IMG/VR virus record: IMGVR_UViG_3300044998_001357
Location: 32,001 to 96,000 of that record
DNA length: 64,000 nucleotides
Strand: one strand, 5' to 3'
Source of the DNA: a virus
Each line of letters opens with the position of its first letter. Position 1 is the stretch's first letter. Position numbers and translations under genes: made by a program. The notes under the pieces are model-generated. The model worked only from the letters and a program-made list of their open reading frames with translations, was not told the DNA's origin and made no database searches. Of the stretch, positions 9,001 to 17,654 are shown in pieces.

Positions 9001-10134
9001 ATGAAGTCGACACATCGCTCGGAAGTCGTACCAGTGGTTCTGCAGAAGCACCCCAACGCGGATAGCCTATCCATTGTTAAGGTATGGGGCTACACCTGCA
9101 TTGTTCGAACGGTCGACTGGCAGGGAAGGTCGCGTGGCGTTTATATTGTTCCCGATAGCTGCGTGGATGTACGCCGACCGGAGTTCTGTTTCCTGGCGGA
9201 TAAGGCCAAAGAAGATGGGACGTACCGTGTTCGGGTCACCCGGCTGCGCGGCGAACTGAGCTATGGTCTGCTCATTCCCGCCCCGGACTGGGCCGAACTG
9301 GGCCAGGACTTGGCTCCGTATCTGGGTGTGACCCGCTACGAGCCACCGGAACACTCACGTGGCTTCATCGCTTCGGGCGAGGAGGAGGAGGGGCCTGACC
9401 TCTGCACCGGTCCGGAAAAGTACGACGTGGAGGCGTTCGAGCGTTACCACCACCTGCTGGAGGTGAATGAGCCGGTGGTGGTTCTTGAAAAGCTTGACGG
9501 CACCAACATGCGGGCGGTTTACTGGGAGGGTCGTTACTGGGTCAAGACCCGTAATCGTTGGGTCAAGCGCGTGCCGACCTACTCACACATCACCCTAGAT
9601 TCCCTTATCGGTCGTGGCGTGGCGGAAGAGCAGGCCCGGGAAATTGTTGAGCGGATTGCCAATCGCTGCCCTAAACTGAACAGCCACTGGGAGGCTCTCG
9701 AAAATAGTCCGGCCACAATGAAGTTTCTCAAAGAGAATCCGGGGATGACCCTCTACGGCGAGGTGTTTGGCGCGACGAACCGAATTCGCTACTGGAAGCA
9801 TGGCAAGAATCGTTTGGCGGTTTTTGACATCTATGACCAGGGCGTTTTCCTGAATGCCGGCAACACCTGGCGTCTGGGCGTAGCCAACGACCTGGAGATG
9901 GTTCCTGCGTTCACCCCTTTCGCAGGAGGGCGTACCTCGTTTGCTTTTCATGGCACCCCCTACAAGTTCGACACCATCAAGCGGCTGGCCACGGGAACCA
10001 CTCTGGTGGAGGGTGCCGGCTGTGCAGTGATTCGTGAGGGGGTCGTGGTTCGTCCACTCCAGGAGCGTTACGACCCCAAGATTGGCCGGGTGATTCTCAA
10101 ATGTGTCAGTCCTGATTTTTTGGTAAAGGATTAA
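9001..10134 (+). CDS. ATP-dependent RNA ligase, DRB0094/Rnl5 type
   Basis: N-terminal HPNADSL OB-like domain; motif I EKLDGTN, GEVFG, FDI, REGVVVRP, RVILKCVSPDFL. Confidence 0.9.
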   Translation: MKSTHRSEVVPVVLQKHPNADSLSIVKVWGYTCIVRTVDWQGRSRGVYIVPDSCVDVRRPEFCFLADKAKEDGTYRVRVTRLRGELSYGLLIPAPDWAELGQDLAPYLGVTRYEPPEHSRGFIASGEEEEGPDLCTGPEKYDVEAFERYHHLLEVNEPVVVLEKLDGTNMRAVYWEGRYWVKTRNRWVKRVPTYSHITLDSLIGRGVAEEQAREIVERIANRCPKLNSHWEALENSPATMKFLKENPGMTLYGEVFGATNRIRYWKHGKNRLAVFDIYDQGVFLNAGNTWRLGVANDLEMVPAFTPFAGGRTSFAFHGTPYKFDTIKRLATGTTLVEGAGCAVIREGVVVRPLQERYDPKIGRVILKCVSPDFLVKD

Positions 10135-10523
10135 GAAGCAATCGAGATTATGGAACAACTCGGTTGCAGGAGCACGTGATGCAATTTTCAATGTCGTCGA
10201 GCATCGCGAGGGGTACTACAGCCGCCTGGCAGAAGAGACTACGCACACCCACGATTGGTGTCGCAAAAAATACGTCTAGTTGGCAAAAAAGAATGAAGTC
10301 CTATTGATTTCAAGATATGACAATTGAAAAGGTTTTGCATGAGGTTTGATGTTCTGCGACGACGATGGTCCGGCCGAGTTTATCCAAACACTCAGAGCTA
10401 CCGACCCCGATGAAGCCATAGCGATGATTCGTTACCGAATCAAGAAGATTACCCGGCATCATTTTCAAGGGTAGACCCGACTTTTTAGGCTATTCCGGTG
10501 GCTGGGAGTCGTGCGTTTCTTTC

Positions 10524-10886
10524 ATGAACGATGCACTAAGCAAAATTATTATGACAACGAATGAGACTTTTGCCGAGATGGGAATCATCGTAGGAGCACC
10601 GCCTCGGCATCCGGACTGGCACAGAGTACGCAAGGCCTGGCTAAAACTTCAACCCGTTTGCCAGGCCTGTGGCGGAACCGATAAGCTTGAGGTTCACCAC
10701 ATTGTGCCGTACTGGAAAGAACCCCGGTTGGAGCTTATCGTTACTAATTTGATTACTCTGTGTGATGCGCCCTATCGGCACTGTCACTTCATTGTCGGTC
10801 ACCTTATGCACTGGGCCAGCTGGAACCCGGATGTTCGCGAGGACGCCCAGCGGCTGCTCGACAAGATACGTTCTCGACCCCGTTGA
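10524..10886 (+). CDS. HNH endonuclease
   Basis: CQACG..LEVHHIVP...NLITLC..CHFIVGH. Confidence 0.88.
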   Translation: MNDALSKIIMTTNETFAEMGIIVGAPPRHPDWHRVRKAWLKLQPVCQACGGTDKLEVHHIVPYWKEPRLELIVTNLITLCDAPYRHCHFIVGHLMHWASWNPDVREDAQRLLDKIRSRPR

Positions 10887-11006
10887 TGGGTTTTCATCTC
10901 GGTGTAGTATTGGTTTGTCCGCAGAGAGCATGGTCTTGGCCCGGTCGGGAAAACGACGGGTGCGACACCCCGGAGAGACGGGGACTTCTTTAACCGAGGA
11001 AACCTT

Positions 11007-11219
11007 ATGTTCTGGAACTTACTCATCGAACTGCTTATTCGACTGATTGCGATTCTGATTGAACGGCATCTTTCAGGAAATAAACTTTCATCCCGGGAGC
11101 GAGAACAGCTGAGTCGCGCCGTTGGATACATGGAGCAGGCGACGGAACTTGCCAAGACCAAGTTCTCGATTATTCCCACGGAGCCACCTCCTTATGAAAG
11201 TAGAAGAAGTAACGCCTGA
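11007..11219 (+). CDS. Small protein with hydrophobic N-terminus
   Basis: GAGGA RBS; LLIELLIRLIAILIE. Confidence 0.5.
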   Translation: MFWNLLIELLIRLIAILIERHLSGNKLSSREREQLSRAVGYMEQATELAKTKFSIIPTEPPPYESRRSNA

Positions 11220-11312
11220 ATTGTATGACGAAGTTGCTCACTTGTTTACTCTTTATAGATTCGTCGTTGCGGCAGTCGGCCATCGCGTTTGTGCGGTCAA
11301 GGGTGCAAAAAA

Positions 11313-11681
11313 ATGAGAACTGGATGGATTCTGTTGCTCCTGGTTGGGTTGGTATGGGGTGCTCCGTTGCCCTCGGAGCGACCCCGACCTTCTCTTACTG
11401 CCCACCGCTGGATGATGCGGCACGGTAGCAGTCTTTTTTGGGCGCGTTTCTATCCTTGTGGGCAGTATTACGCGGGGCCTGGAGATAAGTCGGCTATTTT
11501 GTGGCACGGCAACTGGGTTCTGCAGGGCGATATCTTGACCGTTGAAGAATTTTCCATCTGGGATACCGCTAAGGAGAACCGGGTTGTTTACTGGTCGGTG
11601 TGCCTGGATAAGTCTAGCTGGACCGGTGAACGCATTACCTGTTCAGGATTTGTTGATGAGTTTTCTCTTGAAGGAGACTGA
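11313..11681 (+). CDS. Putative exported protein
   Basis: Signal peptide MRTGWILLLLVGLVWGA-P. Confidence 0.5.
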   Translation: MRTGWILLLLVGLVWGAPLPSERPRPSLTAHRWMMRHGSSLFWARFYPCGQYYAGPGDKSAILWHGNWVLQGDILTVEEFSIWDTAKENRVVYWSVCLDKSSWTGERITCSGFVDEFSLEGD

Positions 11682-11682
11682 G

Positions 11683-12448
11683 ATGACCGCGAAAAATCGA
11701 ATCCCTCTTTCCCCCTCGGTTCAAACGCGACAAGACTGGCTTTGAGGACGCAACGGAAATTATTCTGGAAGTCCTCCACGGCGAGGGCGGGCAGGATGCC
11801 AAGCTTTTTGTAGAGCAGCTGGCCGACCTCTACCTCCGCTATGCCGCACGTCATTCGATTCGTGTTTTCGTTCTGGACAAATCGCCGGGTCATTGCGTTT
11901 TTCGGTTGCAGGGCAAGGGGGTGGGCCACCTTTTTGCTCGCGAGGCCGGAAAGCACTGCATTCAACGTATCCCCTCCAACGACCGTTCGGGTCGTCCGCA
12001 AACCTCGTTTGTGAGCGTGGCGGTTCTCCCCTTACCTCCCGAAAACACGGTGACTCCTCTGCCCGAAAACGAACTGCAGATTACCGTCCAGACCGGAAAG
12101 CAAAGGGCCGGTGGCCAAAACGTCAACAAGGTGGCCAGTGCCGTGCGGATGAAACATCTACCCACGGGTTTGTCGGTCTTTATCCATGGTCGAGACCAGG
12201 GCCAGAACAAACAAGAGGCCCGACGCATTCTGACCGCCAAGGTCAATCAGCTACGAAACGCCCAACGACAGGAAGATTACTCCCGACTCAAAAATGGGCA
12301 ACTGGGCGAGCGCGGCCGGGGCGGGAAAATCCGGACCTATAACTTTATCGATGGTCGGGTAACCGACCACCGGAGCGGTCAGACCACCAATAATCTGAAG
12401 GGTCTTATGAAGGGCAACCTCGAGCTTCTTGCAAATCTGTCTGATTAA
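11683..12448 (+). CDS. Class I peptide chain release factor homolog (RF1-like, lacks domain 1), probably translated via a +1 frameshift at CTT-TGA (11740-11745)
   Basis: AAGGAG RBS and ATG 11683 open 20 codons ending CTT TGA. The +1 frame gives EDATEIILEVLHGEGGQDAKLF..LYLRYA..EAGKHCIQRIP..TSF..AGGQNVNKVASAVR..KIRTYNF..RVTDHR. Confidence 0.85.
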
Positions 12449-12610
12449 CGTATTCTCGGTCCATCGCCCGGACCGTGGCAAACCAAGAGAATCGACGAAT
12501 GGCTCTCGCTGAGATGTATTCCTCGCCCTGTTCGCTGCACGAAAGGTATCGCCGAATTCTGTTTTTTGCCTTTGCTGGACTGGAGCGTACTTAATCTTGG
12601 AGGTGGTAAA

Positions 12611-12979
12611 ATGTCAACGCTAGAACATGTGCAGATTTGCCTCAGTCAGGCACTTGGAATGCCTATCGACGAAATCTGGGAAGATACTCTGCTGCATGAA
12701 CTGGGGGCCGATAGCCTGGATTTCCTCGATATCACCTTTCGTCTAGAACGTCGTCTGGGAGTCTCCCTGCAAACCACGGCACTGTTCCCGGAGTGGCTTC
12801 TGGAGACCAATTCGGAATACGTGCATCGGGGCAACTTAACCAGCAAGGGTGTCCAGCGACTGACAAAGGAGCATCCCCAAGTGCCGGCCAGGGAAGGGAT
12901 GCCGGCAGGTGATGTGTTAACCGTCGGCTTCCTGGTCCAGGTTCTGGACCGCCTGCTGGTTCCATCGGGAGCAAAATAA
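12611..12979 (+). CDS. acpP: Acyl carrier protein (long planctomycete-type insertion)
   Basis: LGADSLDFLDITFRLE phosphopantetheine site; GGAGGT RBS. Confidence 0.85.
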   Translation: MSTLEHVQICLSQALGMPIDEIWEDTLLHELGADSLDFLDITFRLERRLGVSLQTTALFPEWLLETNSEYVHRGNLTSKGVQRLTKEHPQVPAREGMPAGDVLTVGFLVQVLDRLLVPSGAK

Positions 12980-13387
12980 ACAATCAGGGTCGTGGTCCCA
13001 ACTCGGACGCCCACAGTGAATACACAGTGGGCAGTCCTGGGTTGCCCACCGGGCTTTTTGATGGAGATTGCAACCGCACAGTTTGCAACCACCCTTATTG
13101 TAAAAACCACAGGATTGACATGTGGCCATGCGCTGTTGAAATACCGCTTCTGAAACCAGGGGCGCTCCCTGTAGCACGTGTTGCGCCGCCGCCTGTACAA
13201 AGCGGCCGACCTTGTCCAGAAAGGTGGGCTCGGTCCATAGTTGACGATAGGCCGGATTATAGTGGAATAGCCAGCACAGTCTGCACTGGTCGGAGGTGTA
13301 GGGTGCTCCAGTCACTCGCTCGCAGGTGCAGGGACGATTACTGGGTGATGGTAAAGTTGAAGCTTCCATTGTTGAAGATATTCCCAT
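12917..13387 (-). CDS. Cys-rich protein (DUF6171-like)
   Basis: RMATCQSC...CKLCGCNLHQKARWATQDCP; start uncertain. Confidence 0.6.
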   Translation of the reverse strand: MGISSTMEASTLPSPSNRPCTCERVTGAPYTSDQCRLCWLFHYNPAYRQLWTEPTFLDKVGRFVQAAAQHVLQGAPLVSEAVFQQRMATCQSCGFYNKGGCKLCGCNLHQKARWATQDCPLCIHCGRPSWDHDPDCLFCSRWNQQAVQNLDQEADG

Positions 13388-13778
13388 TTAAGCATCGATA
13401 TCTTGCGAACAAAGGCGAGCAAACTGGTGGCGAAAATGGATGGAACGGACTTAGCGGATTGCTATCACCGGGAGTTCCATTGATGGTAAAGGAAAGCCAC
13501 CAACAAAGAGCTGCGGACATGTTCACAGTAAAAGACATGGATATGCCGCAACCTATACCGCTGAAGCGCCAGCCGAAAAATCCGTAGGAATCACTTGGAG
13601 TCCATTCCATTGGGATGGTCAGGCCATTCAGGCAGCCCATATCGACCCCGAAGAATCCCTCGACCTCGGAAAAGGTGCCGTAAATCGTTGGCGGTAGCGG
13701 CCCTGGACAGCAACCCGGCGCGGATATATAAGATATACAACAGGGCCGACATGGATTAAATAGAAAAGGCATTGCCAC
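13338..13778 (-). CDS. Cys/Gly/Pro-rich hypothetical protein
   Basis: FNPCRPCC...GCCPGPLPPTIY; apparently co-transcribed with the preceding gene. Confidence 0.55.
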   Translation of the reverse strand: MAMPFLFNPCRPCCISYISAPGCCPGPLPPTIYGTFSEVEGFFGVDMGCLNGLTIPMEWTPSDSYGFFGWRFSGIGCGISMSFTVNMSAALCWWLSFTINGTPGDSNPLSPFHPFSPPVCSPLFARYRCLNGNIFNNGSFNFTITQ

Positions 13779-13809
13779 GACTCTTCATTAAGGTATGTGG
13801 TCAACCTTC

Positions 13810-14008
13810 GAGAAATACCCCGGACACCCGATACGGTCGCAACCCCTGCAGCATTCCCAATGTCCCCTGTCCGGTTGGTGCCGCTTACCCCAGGCGTTAA
13901 TGGAAGCCCTGTGCTCCCTGGTGTGTCTGTCGCAATCGATTATGCGGTAGAGAAGGGTCTGCCGGTGATTCGTGGTTGCTCTATCGCTCCTCGGGGTATT
14001 TACCTGGA
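13810..14008. promoter_or_regulatory. Divergent pair of GGGGTATTT motifs (candidate phage-specific promoters)
   Basis: Minus-strand GGGGTATTTCTC at 13821-13810 and plus-strand GGGGTATTTACC at 13993-14004, each about 40 bp upstream of a gene start. Confidence 0.5.
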
Positions 14009-14029
14009 TAGTTTATCCAGGAGAAGACC

Positions 14030-14485
14030 ATGTCGACCAAGATTTCTTGCCTGCTGCTTGTTGATAGCAACGAATCCGAACGCTCGTTGACCCGCCGTAA
14101 ATTGGAAATCGCTCGAGTGAATATCGATACACTCTCGATAGCCACAACCCTCAGTGAGGCGATATCGCTGGTTCAGAAGTCCGACCCGCAGGTGATTCTG
14201 CTTGAGACCGACCTCGCCGATTCGCATGCTCTGGATACGCTCCGGGCGCTGCGACGAATAAGCGAGGCGGCGATTGTCGTTCTGTCTCACGGTGAGGATG
14301 ATTTTTCTGGACTTTGTGCCATCCGGGCCGGGGCCGATGACTATCTTCTCAAAGAGAAGCTAAGTCCCGCTGCCCTGCGACACGCCATCTATAACTCCCT
14401 GTCGCGACACGAATTGAGGCAGGCAACGCAGCGAATGACCGCGCGTATTGAACAACTAGCCATGATTCCTGGGGTGGCTCAATGA
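14030..14485 (+). CDS. Stand-alone response-regulator receiver domain (atypical)
   Basis: LLVDSN, PQVILLETDLADS (phospho-Asp position is Glu), IVVLS, AGADDYLLK. Confidence 0.85.
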   Translation: MSTKISCLLLVDSNESERSLTRRKLEIARVNIDTLSIATTLSEAISLVQKSDPQVILLETDLADSHALDTLRALRRISEAAIVVLSHGEDDFSGLCAIRAGADDYLLKEKLSPAALRHAIYNSLSRHELRQATQRMTARIEQLAMIPGVAQ

Positions 14486-14829
14486 TGTACTTGAACGAAG
14501 CCATCATTGCCGCCATTTTCACTGGTTTTGGTGTGTTACTACGAATCGGTATCGAATACGTAAGAACAAAATCAGATGTCCGGATGAAGGAACGAAAACA
14601 GCGTGAGGACAGCGGACGCTCCGCTGTGGAGCAGGCTGTTAAGATGTATCAGGATATTGCGATTGGGCTGAGAGATGACCTGAAGCAGATGGTTACCAAT
14701 CTCAACTCACTAGAAGCCGACCACCTCGCCTGCCGAGAAGAGAATGCCTTCTTGCGAGCAGAGATGAAGGGTCTGAACGAGCGTGTTCAAACCCTGGAGA
14801 AAGAACTAAGGAGTAGACGAGCCGAGTAA
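14482..14829 (+). CDS. Membrane-anchored coiled-coil protein (holin-like architecture)
   Basis: One N-terminal TM helix followed by a coiled coil. Confidence 0.55.
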   Translation: MMYLNEAIIAAIFTGFGVLLRIGIEYVRTKSDVRMKERKQREDSGRSAVEQAVKMYQDIAIGLRDDLKQMVTNLNSLEADHLACREENAFLRAEMKGLNERVQTLEKELRSRRAE

Positions 14830-14873
14830 ATCCGTTATATTGGGTTCTCGACATAAACCTGTGGAGAGAACCC

Positions 14874-15467
14874 ATGAAAGACTTTGAAGCACTTAAGCAA
14901 ACCTTTTTTCACCGTGTGGCGTGCGGTCCCTACGAGCATCCGACCAGCACCCTTGTCTTAAGCGACATTGTTCTTCATCTCCCCATCCTTGAATACTACG
15001 CCTCACAGTGCGAACATGTGACCGAACTAGGGGTTCGGGGCGGTCAGTCCACCGTCGCCTTGGTTTCGGGCTGTACAGGAGAAGTACATAGCTACGACAT
15101 CGAAAAAACCGACTTTGTTGATTTCTTTCAGACGCTCTACAAGCCCTGTTCCTGGTTTTTCCATCAGGGCGACACTGCCAATCCGTCTCTTGGAATTCAG
15201 GACACGGATTTGCTATTCATCGACACATTGCATACATATAATCATGTGAAGCAAGAGCTTAATCTTTGGGGCAGGAAGGCGCGAAAGTACCTCATCTTCC
15301 ATGACACTTTCACCTGCGGGTATCTCGATATCAGTGGTCCTGACCCGACCCAGCCGGGCATTCTCAAGGCGATTGAGGAGTTCCTGGCGAGCTATCCAGG
15401 AGAATACGAAACCGTTTATCAAACCAAATGTTGCAATGGGCTATGGGTGCTGAAGCGATGCAGTTAA
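14874..15467 (+). CDS. Class I SAM-dependent methyltransferase (Methyltransf_24-like)
   Basis: VTELGVRGGQST, DLLFIDTLHTY, IFHDT. Confidence 0.85.
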   Translation: MKDFEALKQTFFHRVACGPYEHPTSTLVLSDIVLHLPILEYYASQCEHVTELGVRGGQSTVALVSGCTGEVHSYDIEKTDFVDFFQTLYKPCSWFFHQGDTANPSLGIQDTDLLFIDTLHTYNHVKQELNLWGRKARKYLIFHDTFTCGYLDISGPDPTQPGILKAIEEFLASYPGEYETVYQTKCCNGLWVLKRCS

Positions 15468-16285
15468 TTGTACGGACGCATGGGGGGTTGGGAAATCGAA
15501 TGCGTGCCCTGGTGGCCGCTCGACGAGCCGCACTCCTTCTGGGTCGTTCTCTTTTGGTGTGCTGGGACCAGAATCATTATCATTTATGTTGCGATTTCTC
15601 GCGACTGTTCGCCAACCGGATAATCCAGGTTGGCTCGGATTACTGGTACGCCCAGCGCGAGAAGCTGTTGTGTTTCGGCGTTCAAAAACAGCCTGTTGTT
15701 TTGCCATCCACCCAAGCGCCGGTTTTGCTAGTGGAAGAAGAGAATTTTTTCTGGGTCGCGCAAGACAAGCGGGTGGTCTGGGGGCAGTATGGTCCCCACC
15801 GGGTCGCTTTGGAACCCTGGCGAGAGGAACTTCTGGAGGCGTTTGCCTGGCTTCAGCCCGCGCCCGCCATCCTTCGGGCGGTGGAGGCTTACCGGCAGGC
15901 TTCTTTTGGCCCCCGGGTGCTGGGCGTGCATATCCGCCACGGGGATAATCTCTGGTCCAATACCCATACCAGCGACCCGCTTTTTGCCGAGGTGATTGCC
16001 GCCGAACTGGAGCGTCTGGACGCGCAGCTATTTGTTTGCACCGACGACCCACAGACCAATCAGCGGCTGCAGTGGTGGTTTGGCAAGCGGGTGCTAACCT
16101 ACCCGGTGCGGAGTCTGGAGCGAGGCCGAGACCCCGAGGCGATTGAGGATGCTCTGATTTGTATGCTTCTGTTGGCTCGCACCCAGAAAATCATTCGCTC
16201 GTCAGGGAGTAGTTTTTCCCAGGTGGCCTCCTGGCTGGGAAATGTGCCAACCGTGGATGTGGGACCGCATGAGCACTCGTACTAG
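15458..16285 (+). CDS. Fucosyltransferase-like GT-B glycosyltransferase (NodZ/GT23/GT11-like)
   Basis: GGLGNRMR, LGVHIRHGD, LFVCTDD, SSFS. Confidence 0.75.
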   Translation: MQLIVRTHGGLGNRMRALVAARRAALLLGRSLLVCWDQNHYHLCCDFSRLFANRIIQVGSDYWYAQREKLLCFGVQKQPVVLPSTQAPVLLVEEENFFWVAQDKRVVWGQYGPHRVALEPWREELLEAFAWLQPAPAILRAVEAYRQASFGPRVLGVHIRHGDNLWSNTHTSDPLFAEVIAAELERLDAQLFVCTDDPQTNQRLQWWFGKRVLTYPVRSLERGRDPEAIEDALICMLLLARTQKIIRSSGSSFSQVASWLGNVPTVDVGPHEHSY

Positions 16286-16382
16286 ATGGAGATGCTAGTT
16301 TCAAAGCTATTGACCGAAAAATTTTTCCCCATATTATTCAGCTACCGAGGATTTTTCGTCGCTGAATAATAGGAGCTAGCAC

Positions 16383-17654
16383 ATGCCGACGCGTATTTTC
16401 TCAGGACCGGTCCATCGCTGGGAAGTCTTTGACCATGTACGACTGTTTAGCGAGATTACTCTGCCGTTCTGGGAAGCTCGGGAATACCTGATGCCCGTGC
16501 TGTACAACGCGATGACCGGCCGTGGTCAGCAGCGAGAGGTGAGTCCCGCCCACATACGGAAAATCAGAAGAGCGATGAGCGAGGGGAGTTTCACCCCCAC
16601 TCCGGCGTCGGCCAATCTGTCGCCCAATCATCGCAAAAGACTACAGATAGAGCAGGGGCGATTCACGCTGGAGGTCGATTCTGGAGACCCATTGCTGCAG
16701 ACCGATGCGGGGCACCGGTTTGAGGTGTTGTCTGCCTTTTTGCGTGACCTGCAACAGCAACTCGCGGCGGCAACCGACGAAGATAAGAAGACGAAGCTAC
16801 AAAGATGGATTCAGCAGGTACGTCAGGCTCCGATTACGGTTACCATTTATCTGGATGGCGACCCTCAGCTGGATTTTCTGCATCTGCAGTTGGGCAAGAC
16901 GGTCGATTCGGCTCATATGTTGTCCCTTCGGCTGCAACAGCAGGCCGTGGGTGACCCGGTGGTGGCGACCGCGTTTGAGGTTGCTCGACGCCTCAACAAG
17001 CACGAAGATTCTCCCTGGAGGGGCGAAATTCGTTTTGACTCCCGAGGAAAAGCGCGACTGCCTATTACCACCCTGTGTGCGCGTGGTTCTAGCGATATTG
17101 CCACCTCGCTCGTGGGACTGGCCCGGGTGGGGGTCGCCTTTGGGGTAACAGACGCCAATCAGCTGGCCGGCCTGCTTGTGGACATCTACTGCGAACTGGT
17201 CAATCACTTCGGCTCGGACGAGGACGGGCCGATGGTCGCCGGAAAGCCACTGGCCGGTCTGTCGGCAGGCGGGAAAAAGGGGCAGGCGACCATGCTGGTG
17301 GGGGTGGCCACCTGTATGGCCTACCGTGTTCTGGCGTCCTCTCGGCAGTCGCTAGAGAGCAACGATATCATGCGGATGGTAGCGGCGGTCGAACAGACCC
17401 TGAACTTTCCGGTGGCCGGCAACTTCTCCGGTCCGCTCAAGCGTGCCACCTTGGGGAAATTCGCCCGGCAGCTTTATCAGGACCGCGACGAGAGTACCCA
17501 GAACGGCGTGCCGCTTAAGCTCATTGACATCCTCTCGGCCTCGACGTTCAATCTGACTCGTCTGCCGACCTTGGAGGACTGTCCCAGTCCGCCCAGTTCC
17601 CCTTGGGACCAGATAGAACAACAGCCTTCCAGGGCCGGCTGGGAGGTTGCATGA
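16383..17654 (+). CDS. DGQHR/DndB-like (ParB/Srx-fold) protein
   Basis: QQREVSPAHIRKI, LLQTDAGHR (variant of DGQHR), PITVTIY..DFLHLQ. Confidence 0.6.
   Translation: MPTRIFSGPVHRWEVFDHVRLFSEITLPFWEAREYLMPVLYNAMTGRGQQREVSPAHIRKIRRAMSEGSFTPTPASANLSPNHRKRLQIEQGRFTLEVDSGDPLLQTDAGHRFEVLSAFLRDLQQQLAAATDEDKKTKLQRWIQQVRQAPITVTIYLDGDPQLDFLHLQLGKTVDSAHMLSLRLQQQAVGDPVVATAFEVARRLNKHEDSPWRGEIRFDSRGKARLPITTLCARGSSDIATSLVGLARVGVAFGVTDANQLAGLLVDIYCELVNHFGSDEDGPMVAGKPLAGLSAGGKKGQATMLVGVATCMAYRVLASSRQSLESNDIMRMVAAVEQTLNFPVAGNFSGPLKRATLGKFARQLYQDRDESTQNGVPLKLIDILSASTFNLTRLPTLEDCPSPPSSPWDQIEQQPSRAGWEVA

Noticed and set aside
6800-16370. Possible GCTA(T/C)...CGT ECF-type promoter motif at about 6804, 10489 and 16341
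   Set aside because: Inconsistent spacing and too few instances.
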